64,000 nt of DNA. Source: a virus (Duplodnaviria > Caudoviricetes). Shown in pieces: positions 7,805 through 20,121 of this stretch. The notes below the pieces were generated by a model. That model searched no databases and was not told the DNA's origin. It worked only from the letters and a program-made list of their open reading frames with translations. Position 1 is the first letter of the stretch; each line of letters begins with the position of its first letter. The stretch lies in the IMG/VR virus record IMGVR_UViG_3300001598_000036, positions 1-64,000 of that record; one strand, written 5' to 3'. A program made the translations under genes and the position numbers.

Positions 7805-9124
7805 ATGTCAAACAGACTCAAGCTCGACTGAACAATCAATTCAACATATGACCGCAAAGCATTTCTCGACACTTATCTCACGCAGATAACCTTCGTTCCA
7901 AACGAAGAAGAAATCGAAATGCTCGGTAACTATATACTTTGGGGCAAAGACATCGACGGAAAATCCGCAGTCCAACGCCACGAAATTACAATTGAGACCA
8001 GAAATAAGACGTGACAGAAAAAAGAGGAAGAATCGCTCGATTCCTTAATCGAGTCCCCTACTTTTAATGAAGCGTCTCTTTTTGGTACGCCGAAAGCCAA
8101 GACTATACGTAACGTCTTCTCAAGAGACGAAGCGTTAAACGAATCGCCCGATTTTCTACGGTCTATTTTCGAGGAACTATTCTCCCAAATTGACTCGTTA
8201 GATCTCGTGATAAACTACTACGACCTCGCGCACGGAAAACGCACAAAACCACCGCGTGAAGAACTACTCGAAAAATTTTCTGCGGCCGACCGCAAAATCT
8301 TACAGGAGAAAGCCGATTCGTTAAATCAGTTCAAATACTTAAAGCTGCGTCACGAACTAGTTGAATTACGTAGACAACAATTTACTCTGCGCGACAGCTA
8401 TCGACCGCAAATCCAACGTACTACTCCACTTCTCCCAAATCTAAACCAACAAACTACAATTTGGGAAGATAATTGTAAGGTTTATCCGCTTGGGGTTATT
8501 AGTCCTGGAAGACTGGGGCGTATATTTTTGGGAGAGGACGAATTAGTACCCGATTCATTTACGGAAGATGATTTAGCTATGGTATCGCGCTTCTATTGGA
8601 AGAAAAAACAAGAACAACGCGATAAACTATTTCTCGACTTTACGAATGAAATGCACGTTGCGGCCATTATGCAAATGTATTTCGAATTAGAAGAATCGGA
8701 CTTAGAAGAAGACTTAGATTCGATGACTGCGCGCCTTATACGTACTTTGGAGTATTATATTAAATTAGCTAAGCTGACCGACGCACAGCGTGAAATCTTA
8801 CAGTGGAAAATAGATAAAAAGACTAATCAGCAAATCGCAATTTATATTAATAAGAAATACGAAAAATCCTATACGATTAATTATATATCAACTATCTTTA
8901 GGAAAAAAATTATCCCAACTATTATCGAAGCAGTAGAATACCACGAAGAAATCGTAGGAAATCTCTTCTTCAAAGAAAATTTCAAAAGATGTACTGGATG
9001 CGGCCGCTTGTTACTTATGGACAAGCACAACTTTATCAAGAAAAGCCGTAGTAAGGATGGATTTTCGAATAAATGTAAAGAGTGTGAGAAGTTAGAACGT
9101 GAGAGAAGAAAGGAGAAAAAGTAA
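7805..9124 (+). CDS. putative sigma-like/HTH regulator with C-terminal zinc finger (TGA=Trp)
   Basis: AGGAGG RBS and two N-terminal TGAs. LTDAQREIL..KTNQQIA resembles a sigma region 4 HTH; CTGC...CKEC is a zinc-finger pattern. Confidence 0.55.
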
Positions 9125-9480
9125 TGACTGGAATATCACAAAAACAAATGAATCAATTTATTAGGTATATACCTCAACTTGAACCGCAAGAATTCGTTGG
9201 ATTAGCGAAATTACTTGGTGTGGTTGTAGTTGAGGATGACGAAGATAAAACGCCAAGAGAATTTGCTGATGTATTAGAAGATGTACTTGAAGCATTTACT
9301 AAATTAAATAGAAAACGCAGAAGAGAATTTATGACTCTACTTAAACAAGTTACGAAGCAGAATATGAAGGATAGAACGTCGAGTGCGGCCGATCCTCAAG
9401 AAACGGTCATCGAAGAAAATCTTGATGCTGCCGCAGACGACGTAAACATAGAGGAGGATGTAGATGGATCCGAAAATTAG
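9124..9480 (+). CDS. hypothetical protein
   Basis: Translationally coupled ORF with RBS. Confidence 0.75.
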   Translation: MTGISQKQMNQFIRYIPQLEPQEFVGLAKLLGVVVVEDDEDKTPREFADVLEDVLEAFTKLNRKRRREFMTLLKQVTKQNMKDRTSSAADPQETVIEENLDAAADDVNIEEDVDGSEN

Positions 9481-10447
9481 TTATGTACCACCATTCACTC
9501 TGCGCGAGTGCGTGAGATGTCATCAACAACTAGGACCATCAGAATTTATACGAACTAAATCCCCATTCTACGAAAAAGGATATATCAATTTGTGTAATAA
9601 TTGTATCAAAGATTTTTTGCGAAGCAAAAATTTCGCTTGGGATGCTGTTGATAAATTATGTCAGTTTGTTGATATTCCTTTTATACCGAATGAATTTGAA
9701 AAATTAAGAATTAATTTTGGAGAAGATGCGTTTGCGCGCTATGCTGATATTTTTCACGAATCGGAATATGAGAATCTTTCGTGGAAAGACTATTTCAACG
9801 AGTTCCAAAAACTTCAAGAAGCTGGCGCCATTGAAGATGAACTGCCGCTTATTAGTGATAGACATCGCAGAGAACTTCAAGAAAAATGAGGGCCGAATTA
9901 TGACGATGAAGAACTCCATTATCTCGAAGCACTCTATGACGGACTCTTAATGACACAAAACGTATCCGGCGCGCTTCAAATAGACCAAGCATTAAAAATT
10001 TGTAAGATTTCACTTTCTTTGGATAGTAAGATTCGCGAAGGAACAGATTTTGATAAAATGCTTGCTTCATATGAAAAACTTGTGAAGGCTGCGGAGTTTA
10101 CTCCAAAGAATGTTAAAAATGCAAGCGACTTTGATTCTGTTGGTGAACTTGTGAAGTGACTTGAAAAGAGAGGATTTAGAAATACTTTCTATGATGATGT
10201 TACTAGAGATGTAGTTGATGAAACTATTAAAAATATACAGAATTATAATCAGAGATTATATACGAATGAATCTGGTATTGGTGAAGAGATTACTCGTAGA
10301 ATTGAAGCATTGAAAAATGCTCAAGAATTAGAGAATTACTACGGAGTATCCGACCAAGAATATGATTTAGATAATTATGATAATGATGGTTATACTGAAT
10401 TAATGAAAGAAGATGAAGAATTCGAAGTTGAACTGGGAGGTGATTAA
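9464..10447 (+). CDS. zinc-finger protein, probable terminase small subunit (TGA=Trp)
   Basis: CVRC...CNNC N-terminus and acidic tail, directly upstream of the large terminase. Confidence 0.5.
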
Positions 10448-13009
10448 ATGAAATCTCTTACTAGTATCAAATTGGGATTATTCAAACCGAAGGATGCGGA
10501 TATTGCTAAACGAGAAGGAATACGTATAGACAAAGGAGCTGTACTTACTCCTGATTATTTAGAAACAATCGAAGAACTACTTAAAAAATATATTAGCTTC
10601 TTTACTGCTTATCCAGATTTATTCTTGGACTTAATAAAACCAAAAGATTCCGAATTTAAACTTTTCTTTTACCAACGAATTGTTTTGCGCGCGGTTATGC
10701 GTTTTAGAGAAGTTAATGTAACCGCGTGTCGTGCATTCTCAAAATCTTTTATTTCTATTTTAGGTATATTCTTACAATGTATATTTATGCCTGGAACTAA
10801 ACGATTTATATGCGCGCCTGCTAAAAATCAGTCGGCGCAAATTGCGAAAGAAAAGATTATGGAAATTTATGAGAAGTGACCTTTACTTAAACGAGAAATT
10901 GAAGCAAATAACTCCAAAGATACGCCAGGAAATTTTGGTAAGGATTATGTTACGCTTAGATTTAAAAATGGTAGTCAGTTTGACGTTGTAGGCGCGCTAG
11001 ATTCCGCCCGTGGTGGACGTAGGCACGGCGGCCTCATTGACGAGATAAGAGATCACGAGGAAAAACCGCTAAATGAAATTGTACTCCCACTTTTAAATGT
11101 ATCTCGTAGACTTCCAGATAACACGGTCAATGATAACGAAATAAATCAACAAACAATAGCTATGACCAGTGCAGGAGTAAAAACATCATTCGCTTATGAC
11201 AAACTTTTAGATATGTTTGAAAAATCTATCATTGATCCAAAATCAGCTTTTGTATTTGGATGTGACTATAGAGTACCTGTACTTCACGGCTTATTAGATA
11301 AAAACTTTATAAACGACTTAAAGATGTCACCATCATTTAACGAAGATTCATTTGCGCGCGAATATGCATCTATATGAAGCGGTTCAAGCGAAGAATCTTG
11401 GTTTAATTTTGAAAAAATTTCTAAGTATAGAAAAATAAAAAACCCAGAAACGCACAAAATTGATAGACCTGGTTCAAATCAATTCTACTTATTATCAGTG
11501 GACGTAGGCAGAATTTCTGACCAGACTGTCTGCTGCGTATTTAGAGTAAATGTTCTTAAAGGAAAATATCATAGTACACTAGTGAATTTATTTGTTTTAG
11601 GACGAACTCCGGAGACGAAACCATTTTCTATCCAAGCTCGTGACTTAAAAGAAATAATAGAGAAATTTGAACCACAAGAAGTAGTAATGGATACTAATGG
11701 CTTAATTACTAGGTCATTTAAAACCCTTTTAATTGCTGGAAACTCCTAACGTAAAGTCGAGGACAATCAGCAGCGAAGTTTAAGAAAGAAGAAAGACTTT
11801 TATAGGAGGTCTAAAATGAAAAAATTAATAACAAGATGTAAATATGATTTAAAATTTGATTATTATATTACTGATGATGGAAGAGTGTGAAGTGATAGAA
11901 CTCAAAAATATTTATCTTATCAGTATGATAAAAACGGATATATAAAAGTTCAAATGCGCTCTACTGATAATAAATCTCATAGATACTCAGTACATCGTTT
12001 AGTAATGGAAAATTTTAAACCTGTAGATGGAATGGAAAATTTACAAGTTAATCATATAGATGGTAATAAACTTAATAATAATTTAGAAAATCTTGAATGA
12101 ACTACTTATAAAGAAAATATTCAACACACTATAAATCATTCATTAAGAGCTGAAATTAATGGTAGCGCAAAATTATCTCCAGAACAAGTTATAGAAATTT
12201 ATAGAAGAGCAACTAATGGAGAGCGTAATATAGATTTAGGTAAAGAATTTAATATTCATCCAGATCAAATTGGTCGAATCAAAAATAAAAAATCTTGAAA
12301 AGAAATTACTTCATCGCTTTCTTAAAAACGTTCAACGACCAGTCGAAAGACGTAGTCTCAAGCGAGACGAAATGGAGGGTACCTTATAGAAGGTAAAGAT
12401 ATGGTCTAATCTTTATGGAAACATAAAGCAGTTTTAAAAACGCATATAAAAGTAGCGATTTATATGGAATGTAATGTAGGAGTAGGACTTGCTGATGAAA
12501 TGATTCGTACGCAGTTGGCGCGCGATGGTCATTTATTGCCGGCTTATGGTTTTACTAATGATGATACTTATAAAAAAGTTCAACCAAAAGATTCAATTAA
12601 AATACTTTATGGTATCAAAGCTAACGGTCCGCTAAATTCTAAAATTCACGGAAACTGTTATTCTCGTTTATCTGGCGGCTTATGTCGTTTTCTTGTTAAA
12701 GAACAAGAAGCTAAAAATATGTTATTATCCACTAAGATTGGTCAAAAAATGAGTGTTGAAAAACGTGTTGAGCGTTTGATGCCTCACGAAATGACCACGA
12801 AATTATTTGAAGAAATGGCTAATTTACGACTCAAAAGAACTGGTACTGGTTTAGATATAGTACTAGAACGAATTAATGAACGTTACCCAAAAGATAAGTT
12901 TTCTGCTTTTGAATATGGCTTATGAAGAATCAAAGAAAAAGAAGAAGAAAATTATTATAGACAAAAGAGAAGAGGTAATATGAATCGTCAATTAGTATTC
13001 TTTTCATAG
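10448..13009 (+). CDS. terL: terminase large subunit; exons 10448-11702 and 12477-13009 (TGA=Trp)
   Basis: Walker A-like CRAFSKS, RGGR..LIDE Walker B, nuclease SVDVGR. The spliced junction reads DTNGLGVGLAD. Confidence 0.9.
11703..12476 (+). mobile_element. group I intron in terL
   Basis: P1 AAUGGCU/GGUCAUU with a U-G pair at the 5' splice site. P AATTGCTGGAAA, Q AATCAGCAG, R GTTCAACGAC, S AAGATATGGTCT and terminal G. Excision restores the frame. Confidence 0.9.
11816..12325 (+). CDS. intron-encoded HNH homing endonuclease (TGA=Trp)
   Basis: VHRLV...QVNHIDGNKLNNNLENLEW with a C-terminal HTH-like domain and AGGAGG RBS. Confidence 0.88.
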
Positions 13010-13017
13010 GAGGAAGA

Positions 13018-14544
13018 ATGGTAATGGAAGATAAAACTAAAAACACTTCCTTGAACAATGAGAAAATTGAAAAGTTAGGAACTTTCCAAAAGGCGACTCG
13101 CGATATGATTGCGACTAGTGATAAAGCCTATTTGGGAGATTGAGCTGATAGATTTAAAGATAATAAAAACAGAGATTATTCATTAGAAGAAATTTTACAC
13201 ATTATAAATGATAATAATCTTACTAAACAAAGACGTCTATCAAATTCATATTATAACAAGGGCGGTTTTTATACTCGAATTCTTACCTATTATGCTACTC
13301 TTTATAAATACACAGGTATATTAATACCTAATCCATCTTTTGGAAAAGATCTCTCCACAGAATTTATACAAAAGAGATATCATAATGCTATGAATTTCGT
13401 AGAAAAAATTGCGATTCCTACTTTTTGCCAAAACTGTGCATTAAAAGCACTTATTGAAGGTTGTTATTATGGAATAATACAAACTTTAGATAAGGATAAT
13501 TTTACAGTTTTAGACTTACCTTCTAAATATTGTTCTTCTCGTTTTAAAGATAAAGCTGGAAATGATTTGATTGAATTTGATGTTAGATTCTTTGATCGTG
13601 TGAGAAATCCAGACCAAAAGAAAGTAACACTTCAAGTTTATCCTAGTGTAATTACTAATTATTATTATAAATGGAAGAAAGGAAAAGTTTTATATCCTTG
13701 AGTTAATGTTCCAAGTGATATTGGAATTTGTTTTCCATTCTACAAAGGACATCCATATTTCTTAAATGTTATTCCTGCGGTAATCAATTATGAAGATTCT
13801 GTAGAAGTAGAAAAAATGAGAGATATAGAAGAAATCAAGAAAATCATTGTTCAGCACGTGCCGCATACTCAAGATGGTAGTTTAGTATTCGAACCTGAAG
13901 AAGCTCAGGTTATGCACGAAGGCGCAGTTAATATGCTTAAGAAAAATGAAAATGTTAGTGTATTAACAAGTTACGCCGATGTTGATGCAATTGTTTCAAA
14001 AACAGCTGCAGATACTGCTTCCAATAATCTTGAGAAAATGATGAATAATATCTATTATGAAGCTAGTGCTAGTAATCAATTATTTGCGGCAACATCAAAT
14101 TTAGCTTTGGATAGATCTATTGAAAATGATATGGCGCTTATGTCGCAGTTAATTAATAAATTCAATATATTTATCACAAATTTAGTTAATAGATTATATG
14201 CGAATAGTAATATTTCATTTAAATATACTATTCTGCCTATTACGCAATATAACACAAAGGATTATATTGATAATGCTTTTAAATTAGCTAGTAGTGGATA
14301 TAGTTTCGTATTGCCTGCATTGGCTATGGGAGTATCCCAAAGAGATTTAGGTAATTTAAAAGACTTAGAAAATGATGTTTTAAAACTAGGAGATAAATTA
14401 ATTCCTTTACAATCTGCTTTTACGCAGAGTGCGGCCGGTGGTCGAGAAGCAGGAAGACCTGAGAAAGACCTCGACCAAAAAAGTCAAAAAACTATTCAAA
14501 ATGAAAAATCATTAGAAAAACAAGGACAAGGAGGCTCTAATTAA
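13018..14544 (+). CDS. portal protein (TGA=Trp)
   Basis: About 508 aa between terL and the protease, with the typical C-terminal AGRP motif. Confidence 0.75.
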
Positions 14545-16028
14545 TGGATTTTAACGAAATTATAAAAGAGTTTTCTGTAGTTGTTTATGGAAATTTAGAG
14601 AGGTATAGTGATACACTTTCTAAAGCAAGATTAAGGATTTTTTATAAGTATGGTAATAGAAATGGTTCATATATTACTGATGAATTTGCAGAAAAATTAA
14701 TCAGTACTTTACCTTATGCTCCTATTAAAGGTATCTATGATGAGTTTAACGAAGATTATACTGATCACGGAGAAGAAAGAACAGAAGGTAGAATATATGG
14801 TTTAGTTCCTGCTAATCCAAACTTCGCGTGGGAAATCCATAAAGACGAGGATGGAGTAGAAAGAGAATATGCTTGTACTGACGTTTTATTATATACAGCA
14901 CTTTATAAAGAAGCTGGAGAAATTTTAGGAAAAGCACAATCTATGGAACTGTACCAACCTTCCATTAAAGGAGAATTTAAATATGTAGATGGTAAAAAAG
15001 TATTTGTATTTACCGACGGATGCTTCTTAGGATTACAAGTCTTAGGTGATGAAACCGAACCTTGTTTTGAAGGTTCTGCATTCTTTAGTCTTTATAATTC
15101 TTTAAAGGACTTAGTAGATAAATTAGATACTTATGAAAAAAATAATCTCAATATTCCAAATAACAATGAAGGAGGAAAAAGAATGAAGGTTAATTTTAAA
15201 CTTTCAGATGGCTCAAAATATGATATGATATTCAATCTTCTGAATCCTGATTATAATGAAGCAGGAGAATGGGATTTAAATTATATCATTAGCGAAGTAT
15301 ATGATGATTATGCTTTAGTCTATGGATGTAAGAGTCGTCAGTATGAGAGAGTATATTATACTAAAGACAACGAAAGTGATACAGTTACTTTAGGCGAATT
15401 TAAGAAATGCTTTATTGTAGATGTAACTGAATCAGAAAAACAGGCATTATGCACTATTCAGGCACTGAATGGCGGCAGCTTCGAACAAGTAGATGAAAAC
15501 TTTGCTTGTAAGACAGAGATGACTGCTATGGAAGAAGAATATGCTAAATGTAAGTGTGATTTAGAGCAAGAATTAAGCGCTTGCAAGACTGCAAATTGCA
15601 CTTTAGAAGAAGAAAAATCAAGTTTTGAACAGAAAATTGAAGAACAAAACAACTCAATTGCTACTTTAACTTCAGAAAGGGATGAATTTAATTCTAAGTA
15701 TACTGAAGCTACAGAGCAAATTGAAAGTTTGAATAATACAATTACTGAGTTACAAGAATATAAACTCACAAAAGAAACTGAGGAAAAAACAGCTCTCCTT
15801 GACAGATATGCTGCTAAGTTAACTGATGATATCGTTCAGAAATATACTGAAACTTTAACAGAGTTCACTTTAGAAAGTCTTGATAAGGAACTGGCATTTG
15901 AATTAGTTAAATCAAATCCTTCAATCTTCTCACTGGATGCTAATGAAAATCAGAATTTCATTCCTAAAGATGAAGGTTATGAAAAAAGCGATATCGAAAA
16001 TTTACTCGATAAGTATGAAAATAAATAA
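14544..16028 (+). CDS. prohead protease/scaffold protein
   Basis: NRNGS..H..QSMEL..GLQVLG protease-like N-domain, coiled-coil C-terminus, position before the capsid gene. Confidence 0.7.
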   Translation: MDFNEIIKEFSVVVYGNLERYSDTLSKARLRIFYKYGNRNGSYITDEFAEKLISTLPYAPIKGIYDEFNEDYTDHGEERTEGRIYGLVPANPNFAWEIHKDEDGVEREYACTDVLLYTALYKEAGEILGKAQSMELYQPSIKGEFKYVDGKKVFVFTDGCFLGLQVLGDETEPCFEGSAFFSLYNSLKDLVDKLDTYEKNNLNIPNNNEGGKRMKVNFKLSDGSKYDMIFNLLNPDYNEAGEWDLNYIISEVYDDYALVYGCKSRQYERVYYTKDNESDTVTLGEFKKCFIVDVTESEKQALCTIQALNGGSFEQVDENFACKTEMTAMEEEYAKCKCDLEQELSACKTANCTLEEEKSSFEQKIEEQNNSIATLTSERDEFNSKYTEATEQIESLNNTITELQEYKLTKETEEKTALLDRYAAKLTDDIVQKYTETLTEFTLESLDKELAFELVKSNPSIFSLDANENQNFIPKDEGYEKSDIENLLDKYENK

Positions 16029-16045
16029 TTTTACGGAGGAACAAT

Positions 16046-16603
16046 ATGGCTTTTAAAAGAATGACAATTGACGGTTATGGTCAATTAGAATTAAATAACG
16101 TAGCGTTCCGTAGAGATGGCAGAATTGAAGCTCAGTGCAAGCTTAGTGCTACTGATTTCGCTAATATGGATGCTGAAAACGGAATGGTATTTGCAGTTGA
16201 TAAGTCAAAGGCAGAACTGAAACTGGTAGCTGCTGATAATATTTTACCAATTGCTATCAATTACAGTACAGAACATATGTACGATGAAAGAAAGAACGCT
16301 CTGAAAGACTTTAAGATTTCATTAAAGGATAACGAACAGTTCTTACCAAGAATGGGTTATCTCGCAATGGGAGACTTATTCACAACTAACTGTATCGGTT
16401 ATGAAGATAGTGAATTTACTTCCGAAGAAGCTTTCATTACTGCACTTGGCGCACTCGCAACTACTCCACTGTATGCAGTAGTAAGTGACAAGGGAGCTTG
16501 GAAAGTAACAGCCACTGCAACTGGCGCATACGCTAAAGTTATTAAGAAGACTACAACTCCTGATGGAATTCAGAAGGCTGTACAACTTCAAATTCTGAAA
16601 TAA
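16046..16603 (+). CDS. capsid decoration/minor head protein
   Basis: Lies between the scaffold and MCP genes, with high-expression codon bias. Confidence 0.55.
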   Translation: MAFKRMTIDGYGQLELNNVAFRRDGRIEAQCKLSATDFANMDAENGMVFAVDKSKAELKLVAADNILPIAINYSTEHMYDERKNALKDFKISLKDNEQFLPRMGYLAMGDLFTTNCIGYEDSEFTSEEAFITALGALATTPLYAVVSDKGAWKVTATATGAYAKVIKKTTTPDGIQKAVQLQILK

Positions 16604-16623
16604 TTGAATAGGAGGGTAATATA

Positions 16624-17670
16624 ATGGCAGATATTAAAACTTTAAAAGAATTAGCCCTTCATAGCGCTAAAGGTACTGCTCCTGCTAACTATTCAGTTCA
16701 GAGTGTAGATGAAGCGTTAATGGACGGTTTTAAAGAAATGGCTGGTTCATATCTCCAGTTTATGAAGAATAGATATGACATTTTCGAAATTATGGTAGAA
16801 ACTATTGACAACGTTGTTCCTAATAGAGTAATCGACGCTGTTGGTATCTTCGCAGAAGTTAAACAGGTTCCACAAGGAACTAAGGCTATCTTCAAGCAGA
16901 AGGCTGGTAAGGAAAGAGCTAAGAAATTCCTTACTCAGGTTGGTCTTTCAGGTGTATATGAGACATTCAGACTCGACCACGTAATCTATGAAATTCCAGC
17001 TCACGCTGTAGGCGGCGCTGCTACAATCGATTTCGAAAGATTCCTCGATGGAGCAGAAACAATGGCAGAACTGATGGAAATCCTGACAATTGGTCTGACT
17101 GATTCAGTTTATCTCGAAGTACAGAAGTGCTTAAGAGCTGCTATGAATGACGTTAAGAGACCTGCAAAGAATAAGTATTCATCAAATACTTTCGAAGCAG
17201 ACAAGATGGTTAAGCTGATTAACGTAGTAAGAAGTTATGGTACTGACGTAGTTATCTTCGCACCACCTGAATTCATTGCTGAAATGGGAGCAGATGCTAT
17301 CGTACCAGTTGGCGCAAACTATCGTGGTATTTATCATCCACAGGATATCGATGCTATTCATAATTCTGGATACATCAATATCTTTAGAGGAGTTCCAGTA
17401 GTTAAGATGGCTCAGGCTTACACTGACAAGACTAACGAAAAGACTTGGATCGATCCACAACTCGCTTACATTTTCCCAACTGGAAAAGAAAGAGTTGTTA
17501 AGGTTGTTCTTGAAGGACAGACTCAGATGCACGATTACGTGAACAGAGATCAGTCAATGGAAATCGAAGTTTATAAAAAGATTGGTGCTGGTATCATCAC
17601 TCATCACAATTGGGCAATTTACCAGAACTATGGAATCACTCAGACTTTCGAATCACCTTATGGTATGTAG
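16624..17670 (+). CDS. major capsid protein
   Basis: 348 aa, strong codon bias, IFRGVPVV motif, followed by a terminator. Confidence 0.8.
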   Translation: MADIKTLKELALHSAKGTAPANYSVQSVDEALMDGFKEMAGSYLQFMKNRYDIFEIMVETIDNVVPNRVIDAVGIFAEVKQVPQGTKAIFKQKAGKERAKKFLTQVGLSGVYETFRLDHVIYEIPAHAVGGAATIDFERFLDGAETMAELMEILTIGLTDSVYLEVQKCLRAAMNDVKRPAKNKYSSNTFEADKMVKLINVVRSYGTDVVIFAPPEFIAEMGADAIVPVGANYRGIYHPQDIDAIHNSGYINIFRGVPVVKMAQAYTDKTNEKTWIDPQLAYIFPTGKERVVKVVLEGQTQMHDYVNRDQSMEIEVYKKIGAGIITHHNWAIYQNYGITQTFESPYGM

Positions 17671-17680
17671 ATAATTTAAA

Positions 17681-17715
17681 AGGGAGGAGGATTACCTCCT
17701 TCCTTTATTTTTTTT
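17681..17715 (+). terminator. intrinsic terminator
   Basis: GGGAGGAGG/CCTCCTTCC hairpin plus T-tract. Confidence 0.75.
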
Positions 17716-17741
17716 ATTAAGAGTTAGAAGGAGTAATAATT

Positions 17742-18203
17742 ATGGAAAACAAGAAAATTATGGTAGAAAGCTTAGTAAGCGGAAATATTGGAATTAGAAT
17801 TCCAGAATTAAATCTTGCAAGAGTATGGGAACATAAAGGAGTAAAGAAGGGAATTAATTTTGATGTGCTTGAAGAAGCATTATACGATCCTGGCGTTGAA
17901 ACTATGTTTAAAGAAGGTATTCTTGGAGTATCAAAAGAAGATGCAATTGCGCTCGGTCTTACAGAAGAAGGAAGAGGAGAAGTTAGCGTAGTATTAGATG
18001 ACTTCCAGCGTAAAAGAATGATGACTTTAATGCCAGTAGCAGAATTTAAAGAAAAATTAGCAGAATTAAGCTATGCACAACTTATGGAATTAGTTGATTT
18101 TGCAGTAGAGAATGAACTTACTGATATCGAAAAATGTTCAATTATTAAGGATATGACTGATAAAGATATCATTAAGATGGTACAATTAGAAAGAGAAGAC
18201 TAA
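17742..18203 (+). CDS. hypothetical virion/assembly protein
   Basis: ORF with RBS following the MCP gene. Confidence 0.7.
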   Translation: MENKKIMVESLVSGNIGIRIPELNLARVWEHKGVKKGINFDVLEEALYDPGVETMFKEGILGVSKEDAIALGLTEEGRGEVSVVLDDFQRKRMMTLMPVAEFKEKLAELSYAQLMELVDFAVENELTDIEKCSIIKDMTDKDIIKMVQLERED

Positions 18204-18214
18204 GGAGGATTAAT

Positions 18215-18685
18215 ATGACTCCACTTTCAAAAGTTTACGATGCTTTTTTAAGTAAACAATTAGATGACGAATGAACTGGTTGGGAAGTAGAACAGATGGA
18301 AAAGGATTGGAGAACTTTCCTTGATGCCGCAATTCCTCTGTTTAAATTTCCTAAAGTAGACTTAGATATAGATGAAGAAACTCAATCATTTGTTGGAGAT
18401 TTAAAGAATTCCGAGATTCAAATTTTAGCTACTTATATGAAATGTGAATGATTAAATCGTACTATTCTTACGTGGGAACATATTAAACCTATGTATGAAG
18501 AAAAAGATTTTTCTGAAGCTAATCTAATTGATAAGTTAAATGACCTTTTAGAATTTGAAAGAAAAAATGCTAAACAATTAGAATCGATTTACTATCGCTC
18601 AATTAACGGAAAGCCTTTTGACTATACTAAATTAGCAAGTGAGAATAATACTACAAGTGTCAGAAATAAGAGAAGGATACGATAA
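18215..18685 (+). CDS. putative head-tail adaptor (TGA=Trp)
   Basis: AGGAGG RBS, position, and frame continuous through two TGAs. Confidence 0.5.
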
Positions 18686-18908
18686 TAAATTAAAATCAAT
18701 GCTTTACGGTTTATTGTGCGAGTATGAAAAAGATGGTAATTGAGAAGAATTTTTAGATAGTATTCTTATTCAATTACTCGGATATGAAGAAGAATCTAAA
18801 ACAATTAATTATTACATTTTATTTTATAATCTTTCTTCTTTAAGATATTTAAGGCATAAATATTTTAGAAAGAAAATTTTTGAATCAATAGGATTGGTTG
18901 GTAAATAA
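18639..18908 (+). CDS. small hypothetical protein (TGA=Trp; start uncertain)
   Basis: Open frame filling the gap; its TAATG overlaps the next start codon. Confidence 0.5.
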
Positions 18909-19630
18909 TGAGTGATTATTATGAAGTATACAATCAAAGATTAAATCGTTATGGAAACGATTATCAATCTCGTATAACTGGACAAAGGCAAAAAGTTTTT
19001 GAGCAGTTATTATTTAAATCTATATATAGAATTGAGTTTCAATATGGAAATGATTATGAAGCGGCTATATTAGAACCTCATAAGCAAGACCAAACTAGAA
19101 CTATGCAATATTTATTAACTAGATTAGATACTTTGTTAGAACCTGGTACTATTATCGATGTTGAGAATGAAGATGCAGAAGTTCAAAAATGAATGGTATA
19201 CTATCTTGAGAATAAACAGGCTAAAGGATATAATAGATATATTGTTTTGAAAATGTCTCATTATATTACTTGGGAAACTGAAGAAGGAACTAAACATAGT
19301 AGTTGAGTATATATGCATGGAAAAGAAAATTCTATTATTACTGATGTAATAGAATCTGGAGATGCGCAAGTAGTATATACTGAAGACGGAAATATGAGTT
19401 CTATGATTATGCCTATTAATGAAAATTTACATAAAGAAGATTATTTTGAAATAATTCAAGATAATATGGTAGATGCTTATCAAGTAAGAGGTTTTGATAG
19501 AATTTCCACTAAAGGAATAGAATATGTAACTATTGAGCGTGAATATGTAAAAGATAAGTCACCTATTCCAAAAAAACAACCAGGAGAATCTGGGAAAGAT
19601 TATTATTGGTTAACTGGAGGTGATGAATAA
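18908..19630 (+). CDS. putative head closure/neck protein (TGA=Trp)
   Basis: Joins two in-frame track fragments and is coupled at both ends. Confidence 0.55.
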
Positions 19631-20121
19631 TGACTGTACGTAATTATTCCGAAATGGGAGAAAATTTACATAAAATCATTTCTCGATTAATGGCTAATGA
19701 TAATTTAGTTAAATTATTATATTATACAGAAAAAGATCCTTTGGCGCAACCGAATTTAACAGAAGAACAAAAACAAAAAGAAGTTTTTGGTAAACTGATT
19801 AAATTTATACCGGTAGTTGGGCCAAAGGAAACCGCTCATTCAGTTATAGCAGTTAGAATATCTAGCGCGCGAAATATAAATTGAAATCAAGAGTTTCAAA
19901 ATATTTCAATTTCAGTTGAAATATTCACACCTTTTGATGAATGAGCAATTAAAAACGAAAATTTACGACCATTTATGATAATGGGAGAAATACAAAAAAG
20001 TTTGCATAATAAAACAATAAATGGTTTAGGTAAAATGTTAGGCGGCGACTTCGATTTAAACTTTTTAACAGAAGAACTTTCGTGTTACGAGCAAACTTTT
20101 ACAATACAGACTTATGATTAA
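19630..20121 (+). CDS. putative tail completion protein (TGA=Trp)
   Basis: Size and position before the tail tube gene; frame continues to TAA 20119-20121. Confidence 0.5.
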
